Of a DNA stretch of 32,000 nucleotides, positions 20,338 to 28,534 are shown piece by piece. Position 1 is the stretch's first letter; every line of letters begins with the position of its first letter. The DNA lies in assembly GCF_001457595.1 (NCBI RefSeq), contig NZ_LN831039.1:1140001-1172000 (forward strand), given 5' to 3'. A program made the position numbers and the translations under genes. The DNA is from Mycolicibacterium smegmatis (GTDB taxonomy: Bacteria > Actinomycetota > Actinomycetes > Mycobacteriales > Mycobacteriaceae). The notes under the pieces were generated by a model that was not told where the DNA came from, searched no databases, and saw only the letters and a list, made by a program, of their open reading frames with translations.

Positions 20338-21093
20338 GTGTCACGCAACACTGCTGCAGAGGGCGCATCAAACGTGGTCAACGACGTAGTTTTCCGTCCG
20401 GTACGGGGCGGGAACATCGTCGAGGAGACGGTCGATCGACTGGTGGGCGCCATCACACTTGGTGTGATTCCGTTCGGGGGTCAGCTCCCCGTCGAACGAG
20501 ACCTGTCCCAAAAACTGGGAGTCAGCAGAACGACCCTGCGCCAGGCGATCCGCACTCTGGAAGAGCGCGGTGTCGTCGAGGTCCGCCTGGGCCGGGGCGG
20601 TGGCACGTTTGTCCGGCACCGTTCGACGCTGCCGCCGGCTGAAGAAGCCCGGGCACGCGTCGTCGCCATGGGCGATGATCTCGATGACACGTTGGATTAC
20701 CGACAGGTGCTCGAACCTGCCGCCGCCGAACTGGCTGCCCGCCGGCGTAAGCCAGGAGCGGGTGAGTGGCTGGAGAGCCTTCTGAGCGACACCCGGCCGC
20801 CGACGCTCGCCGAGTACCGCATCAACGACGCCCGGTTTCATCTCGCCATCGCAGAACTTGCCGGGGTGCCTTCGTTGACCGCCGCCGTGGCCGACGTCGA
20901 GGTGAGGATTGCCGCACCGCTGGCGCTTCTGCCGCCGTGGGATGACGCTTTGGAGCGGTCCGACCGAGAACATCACGCACTGGCCTACGCGATCGGCCGG
21001 GGGAACGCCGATGAGGCACGCCAGATCATGACCGAGCACCTGTCCTGCACTGCCCATCTGTTGAGGGACCTGAGGCTGCCGTCGCCATCCTGA
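20338..21093 (+). CDS. FadR/GntR-family transcriptional regulator
   Basis: LPVERDLSQKLGVSRTTLRQAIRTLEERGVVEVRLGRGGGTFV plus FCD-type C-terminal domain (DARFHLAIAELAG, EHHALAYAIGRGNADEARQIMTEHL); GTG start. Confidence 0.88.
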   Translation: MSRNTAAEGASNVVNDVVFRPVRGGNIVEETVDRLVGAITLGVIPFGGQLPVERDLSQKLGVSRTTLRQAIRTLEERGVVEVRLGRGGGTFVRHRSTLPPAEEARARVVAMGDDLDDTLDYRQVLEPAAAELAARRRKPGAGEWLESLLSDTRPPTLAEYRINDARFHLAIAELAGVPSLTAAVADVEVRIAAPLALLPPWDDALERSDREHHALAYAIGRGNADEARQIMTEHLSCTAHLLRDLRLPSPS

Positions 21094-21180
21094 TCTGATT
21101 TCTATCTGTCACGGTCACACGCCGTCTGGTGTGACCGCCCTGTTGTTGTACCCACCTGTATCTCAACGAGGAGAACCGAC

Positions 21181-22716
21181 ATGTCCGAAGACGTCAGTGA
21201 AATACACCGGAGCGCAAGGGAAAATCGCCTGAAACCGAATGCGCTGGGGCTGACGAGCGTGGTGTTCATGGTTGTTGCCACCGCTGCGCCGATCACCGCG
21301 ATCACCAGCAACATGCCGATCATGGTGGGTCTCGGCACGGGTGTCGGTACGCCTGCGGGCTTCCTGTTGGCAACGGTCACCCTGTCGATTTTCTCGGTCG
21401 GATTCGTGGCAATCGCACGACATGTCACCAGTGCCGGGGCCTTCTACGGGTTCATATCGCGTGGGCTCGGCCGCATCGTCGGCCTTGGGTCGGGATTGCT
21501 GACCACGGCGTCCTACATGATGTTCGAGGTCACTTTGGTCGCACTATTCGGTGTTTTCACCAAGGAGACCATGGCCGCCGAACTGGGTGTGGATTTGCCG
21601 TGGTGGGTATACACCTTCACGCTCATCGCGGTCATCGCCGTGCTCACATACTTCGAAATTGAGCTCACGGCAAAGGTTCTCGGCATAGCACTGGCAGCAG
21701 AAGTGCTCATCCTGGCCGCCATTGCGCTGGCGGTGCTGGCCAACGGTGGCGGGCCCGAAGGCATCTCCGCAGCACCCCTGAGCCCGGCCGAGGCGTTCGC
21801 CGGCCCCTCGGTGGGCCTGGGCCTGTTCTTCGCGTTCTGGTGCTGGATGGGCTTCGAATCCACCGCCCTGTACGGTGAGGAATCGAAGAATCCTCGGCGT
21901 ACCGTCCCCGTTGCGACCTTCATCGTGGTCATCGGCGTCGGTTTGTTCTACGCCTTTGTGAGCTGGATGATCATGTCGGGCAACGGCATCGAGCAAACCG
22001 CTGCCCTCGCGGCGTCGGACAGCCCGTTCGAGACGGTATTCGCGCCGACCCGTGAATTCCTCGGCGAGTGGGCCGTGCTGATCTTCCGCTGGCTCCTGCT
22101 GACCGGAACATTCGCCTGCGCAATGGCATTCCACAACTGCGCGTCCCGGTACCTGTATGCGCTCGGGCGCGAGCGCATCCTGCCGGGTGTGCTGGGTCGT
22201 ACACATCCGCGCTATGGGTCACCGTGGGTGGCGTCGATCGTCCAGTCGGCATTTGTGGTGATCGTCACCCTGTGCTACTGGTCCAGCGGACTGGATCCGT
22301 ACGTCGGTCAGTACACGCTTTCGGCATTGTTGGGCACCATGGGAATCATTGTGGTCCAGGCACTCTGCTCGCTGGCGGTCACGGCGTACTTCTGGCGTAA
22401 TCCCGATAAGCGACCGCATTTCCTCGTCTGGGTCGTGGCGCCCATCCTCGGTGCGTTGGCGATGATCGGCGCTGTGTTGCTGCTCGTGCTCAACATGGAC
22501 GCAGCCGCCGGCGGGCCCGCAGCATCGACGCTGCTGTTCCGGCTGATCCCCTGGATTGTCGGTGCCGTGTTCATCGCGGGTTGCGTGTTGGCAGTGTGGC
22601 TGCGCAAATCGGCTCCCCAGCGGTATGAGCTCATCGGCCACCTCGATGTCGTCGCTCCAGGTGGTGTCGAGAACGGCCCGGAGGGAACGAAGTCGTTTCC
22701 CGCGGCGATGAACTGA
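21181..22716 (+). CDS. APC-family amino acid/amine permease
   Basis: LTSVVFMVVATAAPITAITSNMP, many TM segments, WCWMGFESTALYGEESKNPRRTVP. Confidence 0.92.
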   Translation: MSEDVSEIHRSARENRLKPNALGLTSVVFMVVATAAPITAITSNMPIMVGLGTGVGTPAGFLLATVTLSIFSVGFVAIARHVTSAGAFYGFISRGLGRIVGLGSGLLTTASYMMFEVTLVALFGVFTKETMAAELGVDLPWWVYTFTLIAVIAVLTYFEIELTAKVLGIALAAEVLILAAIALAVLANGGGPEGISAAPLSPAEAFAGPSVGLGLFFAFWCWMGFESTALYGEESKNPRRTVPVATFIVVIGVGLFYAFVSWMIMSGNGIEQTAALAASDSPFETVFAPTREFLGEWAVLIFRWLLLTGTFACAMAFHNCASRYLYALGRERILPGVLGRTHPRYGSPWVASIVQSAFVVIVTLCYWSSGLDPYVGQYTLSALLGTMGIIVVQALCSLAVTAYFWRNPDKRPHFLVWVVAPILGALAMIGAVLLLVLNMDAAAGGPAASTLLFRLIPWIVGAVFIAGCVLAVWLRKSAPQRYELIGHLDVVAPGGVENGPEGTKSFPAAMN

Positions 22717-23432
22717 TGGCGAATCGTCCGCTCATCGGGCTGACCACCTACCGTGAGTCGATCCGCTGGGGCAAGTGGCACATGCCGGCTTTGTTCACCC
22801 CGGAGACGTACGTCTCGGCGGTGGATCGTGCCGGAGGCGAACCGCTCCTGCTGCCCACAGCTCTCGGTCACGCACGGTCGGCGGTGTTGGCACTCGTCGA
22901 CGGCCTTCTGGTCGTCGGCGGTGCCGATATCGCCGCGGAAAATTACGGCGAGCGCACGCAGCCGGAAACGGATCCTCGGCCGGTGCGCGACCGTGGTGAG
23001 CTGGAAGCGCTCGACTATGCGCTGGGCAACGATCTGCCGGTGCTCGGGGTCTGCCGAGGCATGCAACTGATCAACGTGCACGCGGGCGGTTCCCTGATCC
23101 AACATCTACCGACACAGGTCGGGCATCACGAACACCTCCGGACTCCAGGAGAATTCGGAAGTCACCCGGTGCGGGTCGACCAGGCAAGCAGGATCTCCAC
23201 GGTCGTCGGCCCGGGACCTGTGGTGACCACATACCACCACCAGGGCATCGGGCGGCTTGGTAGCGGATTGAAAGCGGTCGCCTGGGCCGACGACGGCGTG
23301 ATCGAGGCAGTCGAATCCACCACCCATTCCTACGTAATCGGCGTGCAGTGGCACGCCGAGCGGGACGACGGAACGCCGCTGATCGAGGCGTTCGTCGAAC
23401 AATGCGCGCGAAGAAAGGCGAAATGGCCATGA
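22716..23432 (+). CDS. Class-I-glutamine-amidotransferase-like gamma-glutamyl-GABA hydrolase (PuuD-like)
   Basis: RPLIGLTTYRE, VVGGADI, PVLGVCRGMQLINVHAGGSLIQHLP, IGVQWHAE; TGATG overlap with permease stop. Confidence 0.9.
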   Translation: MANRPLIGLTTYRESIRWGKWHMPALFTPETYVSAVDRAGGEPLLLPTALGHARSAVLALVDGLLVVGGADIAAENYGERTQPETDPRPVRDRGELEALDYALGNDLPVLGVCRGMQLINVHAGGSLIQHLPTQVGHHEHLRTPGEFGSHPVRVDQASRISTVVGPGPVVTTYHHQGIGRLGSGLKAVAWADDGVIEAVESTTHSYVIGVQWHAERDDGTPLIEAFVEQCARRKAKWP

Positions 23433-24400
23433 TGAACGGCGAGCTCCGAATCGCCATCGCACAGAAAGCACCGGTGTTTCTCAACCGGGCGGCCACGACA
23501 GAGTTGGTCTTGAGCACAATCGCGGAGGCGGCCGCCGCGGGGGCCCGCTTGGTGGTCTTCCCGGAGACCTTCCTTCCCGGGTACCCGATGTGGGTGTGCC
23601 GCACAGACGGTGCAGTGTTCGACGACGCGGACCAGAAAGCGGCGCACGCCTACTATCTGGACCAGGCAGTCGAGGCCGACGGACCGGAACTACGCTCGAT
23701 CGCGCAGTGCGCGCGTGACCACGGGGTGCTCGTCTATCTCGGTATCGCCGAACGTGGGCACGCGGCCGCGCGAGGGACCGTGTTCTGTTCGCTGGCCACG
23801 ATCGAACCCGAACGCGGGCACGTCACCATCCATCGGAAGCTTTTGGCAACCTACGACGAACGGTTGGTCTGGGGACACGGAGACGGGTATGGGTTGCGCT
23901 GCCACAACCTCGACGGCGTGAACCTCGGAGGGTTGATCTGCTGGGAGAACTGGATGCCGCAGGCGCGCCATGCGTTGTACGCCGACGGTGAGGATGTGCA
24001 CATCAGTGTGTGGCCCGGCAACAAGAGCCTGACCAAGGACATCTCGCGATTCATCGCGCTCGAAGGGCGGGTGTGGTCCGTGGCGGCGGCGGCGGTGCTG
24101 ACGAGTGAGCACATCCCAGCCGATTTCCCGTTGGCCGAGCAACTTGCGGCCCGCGGGCCTGAAACCTACTTCGACGGTGGATCTGCCGTCGTATCACCGA
24201 CCGGCGAGTTCGTCGTCGAACCCGTTGTGGGCGAGGAACGTCTGATCATTGCGGATCTGAGTTCCGCAGCCGTCCGTGAAGAGCGATTGCTGTTCGACGC
24301 GACCGGTCACTATGCGCGACCGGACGTCTTTACCTGCACGGTCGATCGCCGCCGCAGAGATCCGGTGCAGTTCGTTGACGGTCAGGGCGTGTCCCGTTGA
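23429..24400 (+). CDS. Nitrilase (nitrilase-superfamily branch 1 type)
   Basis: Catalytic motifs VVFPETFLPGYP (Glu), HRKLLATYDERLVWGHGDG (Lys), GGLICWENWMPQARHALYA (Cys); start ambiguous (23423/23429/23432). Confidence 0.9.
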   Translation: MMNGELRIAIAQKAPVFLNRAATTELVLSTIAEAAAAGARLVVFPETFLPGYPMWVCRTDGAVFDDADQKAAHAYYLDQAVEADGPELRSIAQCARDHGVLVYLGIAERGHAAARGTVFCSLATIEPERGHVTIHRKLLATYDERLVWGHGDGYGLRCHNLDGVNLGGLICWENWMPQARHALYADGEDVHISVWPGNKSLTKDISRFIALEGRVWSVAAAAVLTSEHIPADFPLAEQLAARGPETYFDGGSAVVSPTGEFVVEPVVGEERLIIADLSSAAVREERLLFDATGHYARPDVFTCTVDRRRRDPVQFVDGQGVSR

Positions 24401-24780
24401 GCGTGCAGGTGTTGTCGGCGATCGCCTTGGTCATGATTGCGATCGCGGCCTGGTCCGGGTGGTTGTTGGAGATCAACCACCGCAAACCGCAATTGCTGGA
24501 GAAAGTCGGCATCGTTGCCATCCGGCCGATCTTGCAGGCCCACCTCGATTGGTTGTTGATGGGCGCCGTGCTGATCGGTGTCGACGTGATCGTGCCAGAC
24601 AGGCCTGGATGGATCACGTTCCTGTTGGGCTACGGGGCGATCATCAACCCGGTGTTGTTCCTGCCGCTGGCGTTCCGCGGACGCGGCCTCAAGCCGCTGC
24701 CATGGCAGATCCTCATGTTCAGTTCATTCGGTGCACTGAGCATCGGTTTCACCGCACTGGCCGTGCACGCGCTCATCTGA
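24397..24780 (+). CDS. Small multi-spanning membrane protein
   Basis: 127 aa with about 4 hydrophobic segments; TTG start overlaps the nitrilase TGA, GTG 24403 also possible. Confidence 0.65.
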   Translation: MSVQVLSAIALVMIAIAAWSGWLLEINHRKPQLLEKVGIVAIRPILQAHLDWLLMGAVLIGVDVIVPDRPGWITFLLGYGAIINPVLFLPLAFRGRGLKPLPWQILMFSSFGALSIGFTALAVHALI

Positions 24781-24970
24781 CGTGCCCGCACGCGCACCGT
24801 TACCGAGTACGCGGTCCATGCGGCGCTGGCATTCGTCGTCGACCTCGGGCCTCTGGTGGGCTACGAGAACTCCGCGTGTGCGCGGGCCCGGATGATGGAG
24901 GTGACGCTCACCGGCACGCTGCGGTCGGCGACGGCAGCGCCCGCCGCGCGCAGACCGCCACCCCGCTTAC

Positions 24971-24985
24971 TGAAAACTGTTCTCA
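24971..24985. promoter_or_regulatory. Candidate Zur/Fur-family box TGAAAACTGTTCTCA
   Basis: TGAnAAC-N-GTTnTCA dyad located 19 nt upstream of the CobW-family start codon. Confidence 0.45.
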
Positions 24986-25004
24986 ACAACCTTACGATGG
25001 CCGG

Positions 25005-26003
25005 GTGAGGACAACCGGATCTGTACCCGTGCTGGCCCTCGCTGGATACCTGGGGGCGGGCAAGACCACGCTGCTCAACCATCTGCTGCGCAACAGTCGC
25101 GGCGTGCGCATCGGTGCCCTGGTGAACGACTTCGGCGCGGTGAACATCGACGCCATGTTGGTGGCCGGTCAGGTCGACGCGATGGCCGGGCTGACCAACG
25201 GGTGTATCTGCTGTGCCGTGGACGCCGACGAGGCAGGGGAGATGCTCGGCAAGCTCGCGGCCGTGAAGCCGCGTCTGGACCTCATCGTCGTGGAGGCCAG
25301 CGGGCTCGCCGAGCCTGCCGCGCTCGCGCGCACCATCGCCATGGCCGACGACACGCGCTACCACTACGCGGGGCTGGTGCTCGTGGTCGACGCCGTCGAA
25401 TCCACCCGTGCCGAACTGGGCAACAACGTCCAGGTGGCCGACCTCGTCGTGGTCAACAAAGCCGATCAGGTCAGCGACGCCGAACTGGAGGCCGTCCGCG
25501 CCAAGATCACCGCCCTCAACGATCGAGTCCCGGTGCTGCCCACCGAATTCGGACGCGTCGACCCTGAGCTGCTCATCGACCCGCCGCAGCAGGTGCCCAG
25601 GGTCGCGCAGCTGAGTCTCGACGAACTGCTCTGGGAGACATACGATCACGACCATCACGAGCACGCGACGTTCCAGAGCGTCGCATTCACGTCCGATGTG
25701 CCGCTCGATCCGCGGCGGTTCATGGACTTGCTCAAGAACCGCCCGGCCGGGATGTACCGCGCCAAGGGTTTTGTCGACTTCGGCGATGCCGGCGAGGGCC
25801 GCAAGTTCGTCCTGCAACTCGTCGGTGGATCGCTGCGGTTCGAGCGCCGGCGCTGGGACCGCGGCGAGGCCCGCCGGACATCCCTCGTGCTGATCGGCAC
25901 GGACATCGACGAGGCGGCCGCATTGTCTGCTCTGCAGGGGTGCGCGACCGCTGAACCCGCCGACAAGCAGGCCATCCTCGGCGTCCTGCGTTACACCGAC
26001 TGA
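25005..26003 (+). CDS. CobW/COG0523-family GTPase, putative metallochaperone
   Basis: GYLGAGKTTLLNHLL (P-loop), TNGCICCAV (CxCC), VVNKADQV, DHDHHEH metal-binding stretch; GTG start. Confidence 0.93.
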   Translation: MRTTGSVPVLALAGYLGAGKTTLLNHLLRNSRGVRIGALVNDFGAVNIDAMLVAGQVDAMAGLTNGCICCAVDADEAGEMLGKLAAVKPRLDLIVVEASGLAEPAALARTIAMADDTRYHYAGLVLVVDAVESTRAELGNNVQVADLVVVNKADQVSDAELEAVRAKITALNDRVPVLPTEFGRVDPELLIDPPQQVPRVAQLSLDELLWETYDHDHHEHATFQSVAFTSDVPLDPRRFMDLLKNRPAGMYRAKGFVDFGDAGEGRKFVLQLVGGSLRFERRRWDRGEARRTSLVLIGTDIDEAAALSALQGCATAEPADKQAILGVLRYTD

Positions 26004-26012
26004 GCATTTCGT

Positions 26013-26069
26013 CGATTTCTGCACCAGGGCTGCGAATCCCGCGTCATCGCGACCCTCATGCAGAAATCG
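26013..26069. repeat. Imperfect hairpin between cobW-like gene and fdxA
   Basis: CGATTTCTGCACCAGGGCTGCGA - 11 nt - TCGCGACCCTCATGCAGAAATCG, 19 of 23 paired. Confidence 0.65.
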
Positions 26070-26115
26070 GCGCATCTCTATTTTTTACAAGTGAGAGTTG
26101 GAGTAATATGACGCC

Positions 26116-26460
26116 ATGACATACGTGATCGGCCGGCCGTGCGTGGACGTCAAAGACCGCGCATGCGTGGATGAGTGCCCGGTCGACTGCATCTACGAGG
26201 GCGCGCGGATGCTCTACATCCGCCCCGACGAATGTGTCGACTGTGGCGCGTGTGAACCCGTGTGCCCGGTGGAGGCGATCTACTACGAGGACGACCTGCC
26301 CGAGGATCTGCAGCCGTACCAGGAGGAGAACGCGAAGTTCTTCACCGATGTCCTGCCCGGGCGTGCCCAACCGCTCGGATCACCGGGCGGTGCCGCGAAA
26401 CTCGGTGTCGTGGACGCCGATACGCCCATGGTGGCGCAGTTGCCGCCGCAGGGGGACTGA
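26116..26460 (+). CDS. fdxA: 7Fe/seven-iron type ferredoxin FdxA
   Basis: MTYVIGRPCVDVKDRACVDECPVDCIYEGARMLYIRPDECVDCGACEPVCPVEAIYYEDD; GSPGGAA C-terminal region like Rv2007c. Confidence 0.93.
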   Translation: MTYVIGRPCVDVKDRACVDECPVDCIYEGARMLYIRPDECVDCGACEPVCPVEAIYYEDDLPEDLQPYQEENAKFFTDVLPGRAQPLGSPGGAAKLGVVDADTPMVAQLPPQGD

Positions 26461-27113
26461 TGGACACCGACACCAGCTCGCCACCTCGAGGCCGCCGCGA
26501 TGCGATCCTGCAGGTGCTGCGCGCCTCCCCGCAGCCGCGCGCCATCGCCGGCATCGCCGACGAACTCGGCGTGCACCCCAACACGGTCCGATTCCACCTC
26601 GAGGCGCTGGCCCGGGCCGGGCGCGTCGAGCAGGTGGTCGGTGAGGCCGTCGGCCGGGGCCGACCTCCGGTCCTGTACCGCGCGAGCCGCCGGATGGACC
26701 CGTCCGGACCCACCAACTACCGCCTCCTGGCGAGCATTCTGACGGGCTACGTCGCGCGTGACCCGGATGCCGCCGCTGTCGCCGCGGATCTGGGCCGGTC
26801 GACGAGTCCCGGGCTGGTCACCACCGCACCGCACGGTCCGTCGACCAGAACGCAGGCCGTCACCGAACTGGTGGATCTGCTGGCGGAGCTGGGTTTCGAA
26901 CCCGAACCCGCAGATGGCCGGCGCGCGCGCGAGATCCGACTGCGTCACTGCCCGTTCCAGAATCTCGCCGAGGAACACGGTGAGGTGACCTGCGCGCTAC
27001 ACCTCGGTCTCATGCAGGGCGCACTACGGGACCTGCAGGCGCCGGTCACCGTGGATCGCCTGGAACCCTTTGTCGAACCTGATCTCTGCGTCGCGCATCT
27101 GGCACCGCGATGA
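26460..27113 (+). CDS. Winged-helix transcriptional regulator
   Basis: LRASPQPRAIAGIADELGVHPNTVRFHLEALARAGRVEQV; Cys-containing C-terminal region RHCPFQNLAEEHGEVTCALHLGLMQG; TGATG-type overlap with fdxA. Confidence 0.88.
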   Translation: MDTDTSSPPRGRRDAILQVLRASPQPRAIAGIADELGVHPNTVRFHLEALARAGRVEQVVGEAVGRGRPPVLYRASRRMDPSGPTNYRLLASILTGYVARDPDAAAVAADLGRSTSPGLVTTAPHGPSTRTQAVTELVDLLAELGFEPEPADGRRAREIRLRHCPFQNLAEEHGEVTCALHLGLMQGALRDLQAPVTVDRLEPFVEPDLCVAHLAPR

Positions 27114-27143
27114 CGAACCCCCCCGCCCACCAAGGAGGTTGAC

Positions 27144-27428
27144 ATGGCCGCTTCGCAGCCGGTGTTGGAGGCGCTCGGCGATCACGACTACCTGCTGAGA
27201 TTTACGCAGGACGACGACGCCCCCGTGGTGGTGCGCGTGTATGCCGATCCCACTGTCGTCGCGCAGATCGCAGCCGACGAGACGCGTGTGGTCGCGGCGA
27301 CCGCGGACTATCTGATCGCGCGTCAGAGCCTCGAGGACCTGCCCGAACAGGTCGATCTCGACGAGGTCGCCGCCGCCTACGACGACTACGTCGCTGAACT
27401 GCACAGCCGGCTGAATCCTTCGACGTGA
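27144..27428 (+). CDS. Hypothetical acidic 94-aa protein
   Basis: AGGAGG RBS before ATG; high-GC coding pattern; head of a tight pair with the next gene. Confidence 0.7.
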   Translation: MAASQPVLEALGDHDYLLRFTQDDDAPVVVRVYADPTVVAQIAADETRVVAATADYLIARQSLEDLPEQVDLDEVAAAYDDYVAELHSRLNPST

Positions 27429-27443
27429 CCGGAGAACACGGCG

Positions 27444-28040
27444 ATGGACACGTTCACGCTCGGTATGCCCCGGTGGCCGTTCCTGTTGCGGTTGTGGGGC
27501 CGTCACCCGCTGGTGCGCCCCGCCGATCGGGTCGAGGCATTCGCTGTCGTGCTGACCGTCGTCGTGATGCTGGTGACCGCGCCGATCGCCGCGGCGATCG
27601 GGACCACCGTCTACGACACCCGCCGCACGATGTACGCCGAGCAGGCGGACACACGCCGAACCGTCGCCGCCACCGTCATCGATGACGATGCCGCACAGGC
27701 GGTTCTGCGAACCAACACTGCCCTGATGCCGGCACGATGGTCCGTTGCGGGCGTCGAGCACACCGGGACCGTGGAGGTCGCGTCGACAGCGAAAACCGGT
27801 GATGTCGTGCAGATCTGGGTCGACGACCGCGGGGAGCGGACCTCAACGCCGACACCGATCGGCCTCGCTGCCGTGGAAGCGGTGACCGGCGCACTGGTCC
27901 TGTGGCTTGTCGTCGGCTGCATCCAGGGCGGTCTGCTCATGGCGACACGAGCCTTGTGCGACCGGGTCCGCTCGGCTGCCTGGCAGCGCGAACTCGACCA
28001 CCTCGCCGGTACCGACGGGTTTCACTACCCGACCCCATAG
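27444..28040 (+). CDS. Rv1733c-like two-TM membrane protein
   Basis: NPLVR-like HPLVRPADRVEAFAVVLTVVVMLVTAPIAAAIGTTVYDTRR, ARWSVAGVEHTGTVEV, GDVVQIWVDDRG pattern shared with Rv1733c. Confidence 0.85.
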   Translation: MDTFTLGMPRWPFLLRLWGRHPLVRPADRVEAFAVVLTVVVMLVTAPIAAAIGTTVYDTRRTMYAEQADTRRTVAATVIDDDAAQAVLRTNTALMPARWSVAGVEHTGTVEVASTAKTGDVVQIWVDDRGERTSTPTPIGLAAVEAVTGALVLWLVVGCIQGGLLMATRALCDRVRSAAWQRELDHLAGTDGFHYPTP

Positions 28041-28045
28041 CGATC

Positions 28046-28092
28046 AAAAAAGGGGAGTACCGGCGCAGGAACCCAGACTGCGCCGGTACTCC
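28046..28092 (-). terminator. Intrinsic terminator (U tract on minus strand)
   Basis: Perfect 15-bp stem GGAGTACCGGCGCAG/CTGCGCCGGTACTCC, 9-nt loop; minus-strand reading gives ...ACTCC CC TTTTTT. Confidence 0.75.
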
Positions 28093-28213
28093 GTGCACCC
28101 GCCCGCACCGATGTGCGAATTATGGATGCGTCGGTTTGGTCTTTCGCGAAATTGCGCGGTTACCGGCTCCGAAATCCGTCATCCGGAATTTCGGGTGTGG
28201 TGAGAGCCTGCCA

Positions 28214-28333
28214 TCAGCCCTTACGTTTGCGGATGATCGGCATGGACTCTTCGGCCTTGGCGCGCTTGATCGCTCGCCGCTCCTTGAGGGAGAGCTCAGG
28301 TTTTCGAAGGGTCTTACCGGATTTGTCAGCCAT
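28214..28333 (-). CDS. Conserved-looking 39-aa basic protein
   Basis: MADKSGKTLRKPELSLKERRAIKRAKAEESMPIIRKRKG with strong AAAGGAG RBS. Confidence 0.75.
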   Translation of the reverse strand: MADKSGKTLRKPELSLKERRAIKRAKAEESMPIIRKRKG

Positions 28334-28534
28334 TGACGCTCCTTTTCCGAAGTGGCAACTGCTGGTCCGACCATACGTCAGAAAAAATAAAAATCCAGTC
28401 GGGCCGTTTTTTCGACGAGTTTGTCGGATCCGGACAACCCGACGCCGGTGCGTTGTCCGATTTCCGCAACCCTTTCCCGCACTCCGCACGAAGAATGAAA
28501 TTACAAAAAGAAAATTTCCTGAAATGGAGGCAAC

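Noticed and set aside
26070-26115. DosR box (GGGACTWWAGTCCC-like) upstream of fdxA
   Set aside because: No acceptable match by eye here or upstream of the Rv1733c-like gene
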